A stretch of DNA of 60,562 nucleotides, filler included, from Fonticula-like sp. SCN 57-25 (lineage: Eukaryota), in NCBI GenBank assembly GCA_001724245.1. It is 4 parts of 4 records of this genome, joined end to end, with 100 filler letters (N's around TTAATTAATTAA, not from the genome) between each part and the next. Parts side by side here need not be neighbours in the genome. Positions count along the whole stretch, not along the records: positions 30,271 to 45,483 come from MEDX01000148.1; positions 45,584 to 60,562 come from MEDX01000149.1; 2 more parts are not named here. One strand, 5' to 3'. The notes beneath the pieces are model-generated. The model saw nothing but the letters and a program-made list of their open reading frames with translations, did no database searches and was not told the origin of the DNA. Positions 38,130-49,047 of this stretch are shown here, one piece after another (the stretch's first letter is position 1; the number at the start of each line of letters is the position of its first letter). The translations under genes were made by a program, and so were the position numbers.

Positions 38130-39860
38130 ATGGCGATGATGCCGCGCGAGGTGTGCGTGGATGAGTTTGAGGACCGCAAGGAGAACATTCGCATGCTTGC
38201 GGGCGGCAGGCCCGCGGCAGGTCTCTTGCGCTTGAGAGATCCGGAGGTCGACGATGGTCGCTCGAAAGCCCAAACGCGGATGGAGCGCGAGGCATTTGAG
38301 CGCCGCGTCGCCGATGCCGAGGATGCCGATGATCCGCTGGACGAGTGGCTTGAATACATGCAATGGGCGGACGAGGCTTCGCCAACGGGCGGAACCATGG
38401 TCGAAGAGCTCGTTGAGCGAATTACAACAAAGTTTATTGACGACAAGCGCTACAGCAACAATGCAAAGTACCTTTCCCTGTGGCTTCGGGTACGATGCCC
38501 CCTGCTCGATCTGGCTTCTTTTCACACTGCTAACACGCTGATGCCGCTTTAGCGAATTGACTGCGTCAGCGACCCGTCGGAGCTTTTTGCCTTTCTAGAT
38601 ACGCGCGGGACCTTTGAGGATCAGGCAGCCTTTTATGAGCGCTACGGCGAGTACTTTGAGCGGATGGGCCGGTGGCGCGAAGCCGACGCTGTTTTCGTCA
38701 AGGGCATTGAGCGCCGCGCGCGTCCCTTTGCGCGCCTCCAGCGCACATATCGCGACTTTATGGTTCGCATGAATGATCAGCCTGCATCGGCGCTCGAGGC
38801 GACTCGCCCGGCCCTGGCGCAGCAGCGTGGTGGCGCACCCGCAGCGCGCGTCCCGAATGTGACGATGCGCCGCACTGCGTCGACGAGCAACGTGCCGCTC
38901 GACCCTGTGAGCGTGTACGAGGACGACGCCTTGCCTGTTCTCGGCGCCCCGGCGCTCCCGACGTGGCAGTCGTCGCGCGCGCCGCGCAATGTCGACGATG
39001 CGCACCGCAAGGAGAACGAGGTGCAGGCCGGCCCGTGGAACTCGCAGCCGTCAGCCCCGACGACGGCGCGCGCGCACCCTGTCGCACCGCAGACGTTTGA
39101 CGTCTTTGAGGACACCATGTGCAACCCGCTCGGCGGCAAGAAGCTGCCCGAGACACTCGTGGCGCGCCCCGCCGAGGAGGAGAAGAACATTGTGCGCGGC
39201 TACAACATTTCGCTGGTGTACACGAACGGCCACGAGTTTTCCTTTGAGGAGATGCGCGCGCCGCGCCACTATGCGCGCATTGCCCGCCAGCAGCAGAAGA
39301 AGGACGAGAATCACCGCGGCCTGAGCACGGCTTCGACGTCGCTCGACGCCATCGAGGCGAGCATGGCGCAGCTGTCGGCGGCGCCGAGCGTCAAGCCGGT
39401 CGCCGCCGCGCGTACCCAGGTGGCCCACGCAGCGCTTGACTCTACCCAATCGGTGCTTGGCTCAATTGCCTCCAAGCCGCCGCCGCCGTCGCCAAGCTGC
39501 AGCACGCCATGTACGCGAACATTTAGACGTTATTTTTGTTCTGACAATGCTGTAGCCGGCCGGAGCTTTTTGAGGCGCACCAAGAGCCTGCCGTCGCCGA
39601 CCATCAACACGCGGCTGGCGCTCGAGGAGATTGACGCCATGTGGAAGGAGCCTCTGCCGACGTCGGACGACTGGCGCGACGACGGACTCGCGTCGAGCCC
39701 GTCGCGCTCCCGGAACAAGGCGCCGCCGGTGAACTTTAGCATCTGCGAGGACAGCCCGGCGCCCGCGTACGGATCTCGGCGGGCGGTGCCGGCTTCGCCG
39801 CTGCCCAGGGCGGCGCAGCGGTCGCGCGCGCCGCCGTTTGCGTTTGACTCGCTGCCATGA
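38130..39860 (+). CDS. Spindle-checkpoint MadBub (Mad3/Bub1 family) protein without a kinase domain
   Basis: KENI..GR, TPR region DPLDEWLEY..W, GIERRARP, second KEN, ABBA-like VSVYED/FDVFED/FSICED, GLEBS EFSFEEMRA, CD1 PSPTINTRLALEEIDAMW. Confidence 0.9.
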
Positions 39861-39945
39861 GTCGGGCAAGACACACATTTGTACATTAGTTTTGATTATC
39901 GTAATATTTATCTGATTTAGCGTAAGCCATTCATTATGCTGATTA

Positions 39946-41480
39946 TTACAATTTGAGAATGCCGGCGCCGTTGCCCGGGCGCGTAGCAAAGATGGCGATC
40001 TTTGCCTTGTGCTGGCGATCACCAGTGTAGTACTTTTGCCGCACGCTCTCGACAAACTGGGCGGTCTTTTCCTCGGGCACGAGCGAGACGGTGCAGCCGC
40101 CCCAGCCGGCGCCCGTGAGCCGGGACCCGAGCGCTCCCTCTGCGCGGCACAGCGCGGTCAGCTCGTCCAGCTCGGCGCAGCTGCAGTTAAAGTGCGCGCG
40201 GCAGTCGCTCTGGCTGTCGTTCATGAGCTGACCGAGGCGCTCGAGCGCGTCACCCTGCGCGGCGCTGCACACGTCACGGAAGGCAAACACGCGTGCCGCC
40301 TCGGCGTACACGTGCAGAGCGCGGTCGCGCAGCGCCAAGCCGTTGCTCGTGTCGACGCGGAAAGCACTCATGTGCTGCTTCACGAGCTCCTCGGGCGTCA
40401 TGCCGAGCTCGGAGGCGACCTCGGCGACGGCGTACGGGCCCTCGTGCAGGATGGACCGGACGTGCGCGAGCATCGCGTTAAAGGGGGCGTTCCGCGCCGC
40501 GCGCTGAACGTCCGACAGCGTGCGAACCTGCGCGGAATCGGCTGCGCCGCTCGCAACAAGCGCCTTGTGCAGAAGAAGGGCGGCGAGGCGGCACTCGACG
40601 ACGCGCAAATTGTAATTCCGCGGCGCAGTCACTATGAGCACAGTCAGAAGAAGCGGTCAATGAAAAAGTCATCTTACCGTGCTTGTCGGACGTGACTAGA
40701 GAGTTGGCAATGACGAATGTGGCGCCCTTGGGGAGCGCAACGTCGGCGGCAGAGAGCGGGTCAAAGCTGATGAGCTTGGCCTTGCCGGCCTCGGCGAGCA
40801 TCGAGATCGCCTGGTCCATCCTGCAGACAAAAGACGGTTAACACAAAAAAGCAAGCCCATAATACGCACCCGCCGCTCTCGACGCCAACAAAGCGCTCGC
40901 CGCGGATCGCCATTCCGGCAATCTTCATGCGCGACAGCCCGGCGTCGTACGCGTGCGAGATGGCCACCAGCGAGCAGCACACGAGCGCCGACGAGCTCGA
41001 AAGGCCAGAGCCCGAGGGGACGGTGCCGTCAAAGAGCATCTGAAGCGACTTTTTCGGCGCGGCGATCTCGAGCTCCTGGTGAAAGATGCGGTGCGCCGAC
41101 AGGACATAGTTGCTCCACTCGTGGGTCGCAGCGTCGATCTCGTACGACGCAGCGGCAAAGGAGCGCCGCGGGTGCGCCGCGTTCGAGTTGGCCACCTCGA
41201 TACGCGCCTTGCTGGCGTCCTCTGCGTCGTCCACAGCCACCAGCGCCACAATGTCGGGCTCGACGGCCATGGGAAGCACAGAATACCCGCTGTAGTCAAT
41301 GTGCTCGCCGATCAGGTTCACGCGGCCGGGCGCGCGCGCCACAAACGCCGGGCGGCGCCCAAACTGCGCGACAAACTGCTCAATGAGCCCATTGACGCGC
41401 TCGGCAAACTTGCCCTCGGGGTCCGATCCCCAAAGATCGGCCACGCTGTGCACCTCCAACGGCGCCTCCCCCTGAGTCAT
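39946..41480 (-). CDS. GAL1: Galactokinase / N-acetylgalactosamine kinase (Gal1/GALK2 type, GHMP family)
   Basis: APGRVNLIGEHIDY, PSGSGLSSSSA, GGMDQAIS, GSRLTGAGWGGC; 2 introns. Confidence 0.92.
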
Positions 41481-41538
41481 GATGATTGATCGGTGGGCCA
41501 AGTTCTGAAATATGGTGAACATAACAAGTTTGGCTGTC

Positions 41539-42957
41539 ATGTTGCGGGCTGTCGCTGCTGCGGCCACCGGCCGCGGCCTTTTGGCGAGGGGCGCGCGCGG
41601 CGCCTCGTCGACCGCCGACGTTATGGCCGAGGACAAGGAGCACATCCTCAACCTCTACGCGCGCAACCCGGTAGGCCCCGCGATCCCGCCCTTTTGCGTT
41701 GATTCCTGACGCGATCTAGATTGTGCTCGAGCGCGGCGAGGGATGCCATGTGTACGACTCGAACGGCCGCAAGTACCTCGACTTTTACGCGGGTATTGCC
41801 GTCTCTTGCCTCGGCCATGGCGACAAGGTATGATTTGATGCTCCTTTCTTTCCCTCATTTTACTCACGTGTTGTGCAGGAGTGGCTCAACGCCGTGACGG
41901 ACCAGGCCGGCAAGCTGTCCATGGCTGCCAATCTGTTCTACAACCGCCCTGCCGTAGAGTGCGAGATCCTTTTTTATGTTACGCTTGCTTACGCGAATGC
42001 AGGCTTGCCGAGGCGCTGAAGAGCAAGTCCTTTGCGGACAAGGTCTTTTTCTGCAACAGCGGCACCGAGGCGAACGAGGGCGCGCTCAAGATGGCGCGCA
42101 AGTACGGCTACCAGGAGGACGCGTCTGGCAAGAAGCACTCTATCATTGCGTTCCAGGGCGGCTTCCACGGCCGCACGATGGGATCGCTGAGCGCGACCGC
42201 CAACGAAAAGTACCGCAAGCCGTTCATGCCGCTTGTGCCTGGCTTTAGCCACCTCCCGCTCAACGACATCGAGACCTTTGAAAAGGCGATGAACGACACT
42301 GTGTGCGGTGTCATCGTCGAGCCGGTGCAGGGCGAGGGCGGCCTCACCAGCGCGATGCCCGAGTTCCTCCGCGCGATCCGCGCTGCGTGCGATCGCCACA
42401 ACGCGCTGTTCATCGTGGACGAGATCCAGTGCGGTCTGGGCCGCACGGGCCGCCTCTGGGGCCACGAGCTGTCGGGCGTTGTCCCCGACGTCATGACCCT
42501 CGCCAAGGCGCTCGGCAACGGCATCCCGATCGGCGCCGTGCTCGCCAACAAGCGCGCTGCCGGCACCCTCACGTACGGCGATCACGGCACCACCTTTGGC
42601 GGCCAGCCGATTGCCTGCCGTGCGGGCAAGGTTGTTTTCGACCGCGTGAGCCAGCCGGCGTTCCTGCAGCAGGTGGACCGCGTCGGCGCGCTCCTGAAGA
42701 AGGAGATCGCTGCGATCAACTCGCCCATCATCACCGGCATTCGCGGCCGTGGCCTCATCGTTGGCATCGCGATCGACCTCGAGCGCGCTGGCATCAAGGA
42801 CTTGTCCCCGCTTGTGCGCGCGTGCCATGATCGCGGACTGCTGATCATCACCGCTGGACCCAACGTGCTGCGCCTCCTGCCGCCTCTCGTCGCCAAGGAG
42901 GAGCACGTGCTCGAGGCGTCCGCCATCCTCAGGGATGTGTTTGCCCAGTACAAGTAA
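41539..42957 (+). CDS. ARG8: Acetylornithine aminotransferase with a mitochondrial-type presequence
   Basis: [78 protein letters not shown]; 3 introns. Confidence 0.93.
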
Positions 42958-43304
42958 GATGTATTATGACTGGTAATAATAAATTCACGACCATGTACTG
43001 CTGTGTTTAAGCCTAGTCCCGGCTGTGTGACTCTGATCAGCCAATGACGCTATGCAACAATTGTCCGACGACGGCAATCAGCCAACATGATCTGCTCTGA
43101 TCTATGTTTACCTTATGATCGGTGATACAGAACAAAGTCTGGGCTGGGCAACACGGCACACGGTCTCACCCATGCAGCGTTCATAAAAAACCGCTCTGCA
43201 GGTGGATCTGGACCGACCACCTGCCAAACGCTGACCGCAATTTTCCTGCAATGTTCTCGCAATCTTCGTTGATCGAGCATGGAAGCCCGCGGATCGGAAC
43301 GTGA

Positions 43305-43379
43305 TTACGTCAGCATATCAACGATAGTGCGCATCGATGGCGAGTTCCATCGACCAATCAGATCTTGCGCATTACGTCA
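43305..43379. promoter_or_regulatory. Two ATF/CRE-like TTACGTCA sites flanking a CCAAT box upstream of the MAPK phosphatase
   Basis: TTACGTCA at 43305 and 43372; CCAATCA at 43354. Confidence 0.5.
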
Positions 43380-43956
43380 TAGAGAATCTTCGTCGAATTC
43401 CGACTTCGGGAACAGAGGGAGAATATAATGAAGGGGAGCTCGATTTCGACGCTGCCCTGCTATCGTTGGTCAGCTTTCGCAACACTTTTTTGTTCGTGGT
43501 GGTGTGGACGAGAGCGGTTCGAGCGGTTACGAAGGTAAGGAGTCGCGAGTGAGACGTGCGAGGACCGATACCCTACTGGGACGCTACCTGCTGTCGATTT
43601 GGCTAAAGGGTTCATATTGAGCAAGGACATCGTTTGACGACTTGCTCGGTTTCCCTGTCAACCCTCTCGTGTGTGTTGCTGTGGTCGACGTGGTCGCACA
43701 TTGCCTCGCGGATTCGTATTATACCGGTCCGCTAGCTAGCACCGCGCCCTTCAACCAGACCTCCTCTCTCTATCTCGCCTGGTTGCAAGAAGAGAGTCTG
43801 TCGGATTGCCTACCGTTCGCGGCTGCGATCTGACATTGTTTTATTTTGGCGCGCATTCGCCGCCCGACTTGTGTTTTCCCGCCTCAGAACCTCCCAACAA
43901 GCACCAGACTCGTAACGCAATCCTGGCGGTTTCGCGGTATCAGTGAAAGGAGTTTA

Positions 43957-45141
43957 ATGGGTCGTAATTCGTGTGTTTCTGACTTGGCACCCGCCCCGAT
44001 CCCTCTTCTGGGGGAATGTTCGACCGCGCCGTGCCGACCGCTGCCGCCGAGCCAGAGCTCTATTACTGCTTCGGACCTACATGGCTTGCTTCAGAGCACT
44101 GACACGTCGTCGCTTTTGATAATTGATCTGCGTTCGTTTCTATGCTTTAATCAGCAGCATGTAACCGCCGCGATCAACCTATGTGTCCCGGGCGCCATGA
44201 TGAAGCGCCGTGGGTTTTCTCCCGCGCTTTTCGAGCGCGCCATCTGCCACGCGAGCGATCGCGAGCGCTTCATTGCGCGTTCGTCAAAGATGATTATCCT
44301 CTACGACGACGCCAAGACGCCGCTGTCCGAGTCAATTCTTGGCCCGCTCTATCACTTTTTGGACAACGAGGGCGCTGCCCGTGAGGTCAAATGGCTGCAG
44401 GGCGGCTTTGAGGTGATGCGCGAGCAGTACCCCGGCGATTGCCGCGTCATCTGCTCGACTCTTGCGTCGCTCTTTCGCTGCTCGAGCCGCAACGAGATTG
44501 ACATCAAGCCTGCGCCCAAGACGCTTCACACGGAAACCGTGCGTCACCCCGAGCCAATCTGCATCATGCAGCACCTGTACCTTGGCGACGAGACGACCGC
44601 GGCCAACCACGAGGCGCTTCTTCGTCTGAATATCGGCTATGTGCTCAACGCTGCCAAAGAGTGCGAGAACTGCTTTGAAATGAACAAGAACTTTCAGTAT
44701 AAGCGCCTCAATCTCGTTGACAACCCGAACCAGTCGGCCCTGGCGCAGATGCTGGACGAGTCCTTTGAGTTTTTGAACGCTGCGCGGGAGCAGAACAAGG
44801 GCGTCCTGGTGCACTGCAAGGCCGGCCAGAGCCGCTCTGTAACCATCGTGATTGCCTACCTCATGCGGACGTACAAGTGGACGCTCTCCCACGCGTACTC
44901 TTACGTCCAGCAGCGCAAGCCCGACATTTCGCCCAACCTCGGCTTCATGGGCCAGCTAATTTCATTCGAGGCTAGCCTGTTTGCCAATAAGGAAGGTGGG
45001 TGCTCGCTCAATAACCTGCTCCGCGGCCTGCCGTCGCCCGCCCTGCACGACGACGTCAGGCGGACCACGCCCGCGGCACTCACCGACCCCCTCAATAGCC
45101 CGTTCGTCAGACCGCTCGAGCTACCTTACCATATGTCTTAG
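43957..45141 (+). CDS. MAP kinase phosphatase (rhodanese/KIM domain plus dual-specificity phosphatase), intronless CDS
   Basis: IIDLRSF..FNQQHV..AIN..MMKRR (KIM), LQGGF, catalytic HCKAGQSRS, AYLM, ISPNLGFMGQL. Confidence 0.93.
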   Translation: MGRNSCVSDLAPAPIPLLGECSTAPCRPLPPSQSSITASDLHGLLQSTDTSSLLIIDLRSFLCFNQQHVTAAINLCVPGAMMKRRGFSPALFERAICHASDRERFIARSSKMIILYDDAKTPLSESILGPLYHFLDNEGAAREVKWLQGGFEVMREQYPGDCRVICSTLASLFRCSSRNEIDIKPAPKTLHTETVRHPEPICIMQHLYLGDETTAANHEALLRLNIGYVLNAAKECENCFEMNKNFQYKRLNLVDNPNQSALAQMLDESFEFLNAAREQNKGVLVHCKAGQSRSVTIVIAYLMRTYKWTLSHAYSYVQQRKPDISPNLGFMGQLISFEASLFANKEGGCSLNNLLRGLPSPALHDDVRRTTPAALTDPLNSPFVRPLELPYHMS

Positions 45142-45234
45142 TACCGACCTACCGCCTCGACGCGCGGAATTTTCTTAGAATGAACAGCAGGGGCCCTGAA
45201 GCCTCGTATATTGTGCTGTAAATATTTAATTGAA

Positions 45235-45266
45235 TGTATCCTTAGGTTTTTGTATCCTTAGGTTTT
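45235..45266. repeat. Perfect 16-bp tandem duplication TGTATCCTTAGGTTTT x2
   Basis: Direct reading. Confidence 0.9.
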
Positions 45267-45401
45267 AATCGCTTATTCGCCCCCGCACAAAGCATTGCAC
45301 CAGCATTGCACGCCACATTTGGCACACATGACCGTTTGTTGTGGTGTCGATTGTTTGACGCGCGCTATCGACCAATCACGCAAGAATCACGCAGGGCTAT
45401 C

Positions 45402-45431
45402 AAAATCGCATGCAAAATCGCATGCGATTTT
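45402..45431. promoter_or_regulatory. 18-bp palindrome AAAATCGCATGCGATTTT preceded by a partial copy
   Basis: Lies after a CCAAT box (45372) near the contig end. Confidence 0.55.
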
Positions 45432-45483
45432 CATAAGAGTGTGCGACAAACACCTGCCCAGCATCTGTCAAGCAGCGGCTGCG

Positions 45484-45583
45484 NNNNNNNNNNNNNNNNN
45501 NNNNNNNNNNNNNNNNNNNNNNNNNNNTTAATTAATTAANNNNNNNNNNNNNNNNNNNNNNNNNNNNNNNNNNNNNNNNNNNN
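45484..45583. other. Artificial contig-joining spacer
   Basis: N44-TTAATTAATTAA-N44. Confidence 0.97.
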
Positions 45584-48500
45584 AGTGTCTCGAGGCAGTC
45601 GTTCTTGCTGCACGCCTCCTCGAGCACCTTCAACGCCACCTCGCCCACCTCAAACGACGGGTCGTACACCTGCGAGTGCAGCAGCCGCACACCCCAGTCG
45701 GCAAACCCCGGCAAGTTCTGCCGCAGAATTGTCCGCAAATAGTTTGTCGCAAACGCGCGCGACTTTGGCGAGCTCGCCGTGAGCACCTTTGACAGGATGA
45801 TGCGCGTGTGGCCCGGCTCGCTATAGTCGAGGCACGAGATGATGGCGCGCGCAATGTCGTCGCGGCTCTTGAGCTCGGTGAGAAAGTAAAAGAGAGTGTA
45901 GACATTGTGGCGCTTGAGGATCTCCCGGCCAGCGGGGACGCTCGTCAGGATGCCGAGGAAGGTAAAGTACTCGCTCGTCAGCGTGCTCGTCATGCGCTCG
46001 GGCGAAAACAAAAGTTCTTCGGTGGTTTTTTCGCTGATCGGGTCAAGCTGCTCAAGCGCGTGCGCAATCTGAGGAAGGAAATCTTGCTCGGAAAAGAACT
46101 TTGCGCCTTCCGCCGTCGAAAGAAGCGTTTGGACAAGCTGACAGCCGACGCGGACGTACTGCGCCGCCTGCGGGCTGTCAATCATAATGTCGCTGAATTG
46201 GCGGCTCTGAGGGAGGTAGAAGGATAAAAGCTTTTTGAGAAGCTTGTTGTTGACCGTCTCGTCAATGCGGCGGGGGTTCATGAGCGGGCCCTGAAGCAGC
46301 TCGCAGATGCTGTCCCAGTTCCATTTGGCGTATGAACGCTCAGAGAGAAGAAGAGAGTCGCGCGTCAAGTTGCCAAACTGGACATCATCTGCCGCAATTC
46401 CCATCACAATCTAGGGAAATCATTAGCAAAAGGGGCAAAAATGAGGCGAAATGTGTCCAAAATGACGTACCTTCATGTGGCTGAGCTGTTTTTGGATGCG
46501 GTCCTGCCGCGAGTTGATGATGGTGTGCGTATGGAAAGGGCGCCTATACTACAGTGAGCACAACAACAAAATATTGACCTGCCGCGCACCGCCATTGGTC
46601 GCTCGCCACCGCAAACTGCTCCTTGACGCGGTGCAGCTTCTCAAGATGCGAGATGGCCGACGTGGCAGAGTTGCGAAGCACTTCGTCGCCAAACGTCGCG
46701 CCAAGCTCAAACAGCTTTGGGAGCGACTGCAGCGGCGTCGAATACGACTTTGGAAGCAGTCTAAACACATAAAAGCATTAGACTTGCACAATAAAAAAGT
46801 ACAGCCACGTACGCGTTGGCGAGCGCGATGACTTCGCCGAGCAGGATCGTCGCGCGCACTTGCAGGAAATTGTTCGGGTCCTTCATGAGCTCCACGAGGG
46901 CGTCGAGCAGCCCGGCGTCAATGAACGCGACGAGCACAATGGCAAGGTAGTGATTCACCACAACGGGACGCGCGCCAGAAGCACTGAAAAGGCGTTAGAA
47001 ATGAAGGGAAAAAGTGGCACGTGACGTACTTGCGCGACGACTGTGCCCACTCGCCGTTGCGCTCGTCGCCGATGCGGTGATAGTCAACCGTCCGCCGCAT
47101 CGCTATTGAACCGTGTAAGCAAGTGCAGCTACAACCCTAAAAATCGATCGTACCAGAGAGAAAGTCGGCGGACCACTGCGGGGCGCGCGCGCGGAAAATC
47201 TCAAAAAACATGTCGAGCATGACGCGCTTGAGCTCCTCGTAGGGCAGCAGAAGCGCCTCGACGAGCGACCGCAGCGCAAGCTTGTTCTCAATGCACAGGT
47301 AAAGGATGCCCGTCCACGACTTTAAGAGGGCGACGACTGCGTGCGCGCTGGCAATAAGGCGCTGCTCGTGGTTGGTGCCGCGCGCAAACACGTCCGTGAA
47401 CGGGCTCAGAATGACTTCCAGGTCAACGCCAGCGCGAATGTACTGCAAAAAAATGGTTTTTGTGAGCCGAGCTGAGCCAAAAAAGAAAGGCAAGCGCACC
47501 TTTCTCGTGTCTTCGCGGTCGAGCAGGAGCGTGATGACCGACACGATCGTCGGCATGTACTCTGCGGGCATGTCGAGCATCGCCGTGAAAATCTACGCGC
47601 TGTCAGCTACATTCTATCCTAAAATGACCCCGTCGTACCACGTGGATGCCGCCGGCGTCGGCCAGGAGTGGCAGGTTAAAAATGGCGAGCTCGTAGACTG
47701 TCTCGAGGCAGAGCGGCGCGAGCTTGTCCTCGGAGCCGACGACGCTCAAAATGCAGGCAACGACGCTCTTTGGCAGGCACTGCGCGCCGCCCTCGGGCAC
47801 GGCGATCCACGTGCGGACGAGCTTGAGCGCCTGCTCGCGCTCGGCGTCCACGCGCACCTCTTTGAGGAGCGAGCGCACCAAAAAGTGCTCAATGTGCAGG
47901 CGGACGAGCAGCTGCGCCGTCGACACTTCTGCGAGCATGTGGCGCAGCACGCGGTACGCCGCCGCGCGCACTTCCTTGGCGGCGTCGGCAAGGTAGACGC
48001 GCACGAGCAGCGCGACCGGCTCGAGCTGGTTGTAGTCTTCAAAATTGGGCGTCAGCTTGTAAAACATGGCGAGACGGTTGAGCGACTCGAGACGCTGCAG
48101 CGCCGTGAGCTCGCCCTTTTTAAGTGACGCGAGGATCTCTTGGAGGCCGACGCTCAGGCCCGTCCTCGAGACAGCCTCAAACATGACCTGGCGGCTAAAC
48201 ATGGGCGCCGAGCCGACAGACGGCGCGCGCTTGTGCGGATTCTCCATCGGCACGGAAATGTTGCTCGAGGAAACGGAGCGGCGGTAGCTCATGTTGGAGT
48301 GATGCGAATCGGTGCGCTGGATGCGCCGGCGGCCGCCGCTGCTGCGCTCTGAGGAAACGCGTTAGAGATGCGCTGCAAAGAGGGCAAGGCGTACTGGACT
48401 GCTGTAATTCGGTAATTTGCTTTGAAAGGGCAGATATCTTTGCATCTGCCGCCTTGATCTGCAGCTCCACTTCCTCTTTCGAGATGCTCTCGCTCTTCTG

Positions 48501-48740
48501 CATGGAGGTGGCCCTGAGCCGCTCAGCGCCCTGCTTGATCTTGCGCTCGATCAACAGCTGCTCCTCGAGGCGCACAATCTGGGAAATATAAGCAATTAGC
48601 ACAAAATATCGAGACACGCCACAGCGTACCTCTGCCTGCCGCTCAATTGCCTCTTCCTCGTTCAGATGGAGACTGCCATCGGAGCCGAGGGACGGAAGCG
48701 ACGCAAGGTCATCCTTGACCGACCCATCGATAGACGCCAT
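45584..48740 (-). CDS. RICTOR: TORC2 subunit Rictor/Avo3/Ste20 with an N-terminal HR1 domain; 3' end truncated
   Basis: KEVRAAAYRVLR, EREQALKLVR, LLKSWTGI, NHYLAIVLVAFIDAGLL, KWNWDSICELLQGP, LDYS..GHTRIILSKVLT, WGVRLLHSQVYD. Confidence 0.93.
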
Positions 48741-49047
48741 CCCTGCCTCGATTGAAAGCACAATCGCGAAAGCACAATACACTGACGCCCTCAACGAGCA
48801 AGCGCGCGAAGAGAAGCGTGCTAATAACGGCGCCGAAAGGTACCCGCGATCTCGCTGTGCTGCTGCTGGGTGTCGTTTGGTGGTGGGGGCGCCCTTGTAT
48901 TGTTGCCGCAGCCCTGCCGCAACCCGATATTTACTTCGTGTGACAGGCCTGCCACAGGGGTGGTTCGGCGAATCAAAACGGCCGCCGCTGGCCAATCAGC
49001 TTGCAGTGAGCCGACAAGGAGTGAACGGAAGAGGGCCTGGGACGACG

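Noticed and set aside
16573..48740. Apparent MAPK/TOR signalling cluster (LAMTOR3, MAP3K, MKP, RICTOR)
   Set aside because: The genes are spread over three artificially joined contigs; only LAMTOR3 and the MAP3K are true neighbours, which can be chance.
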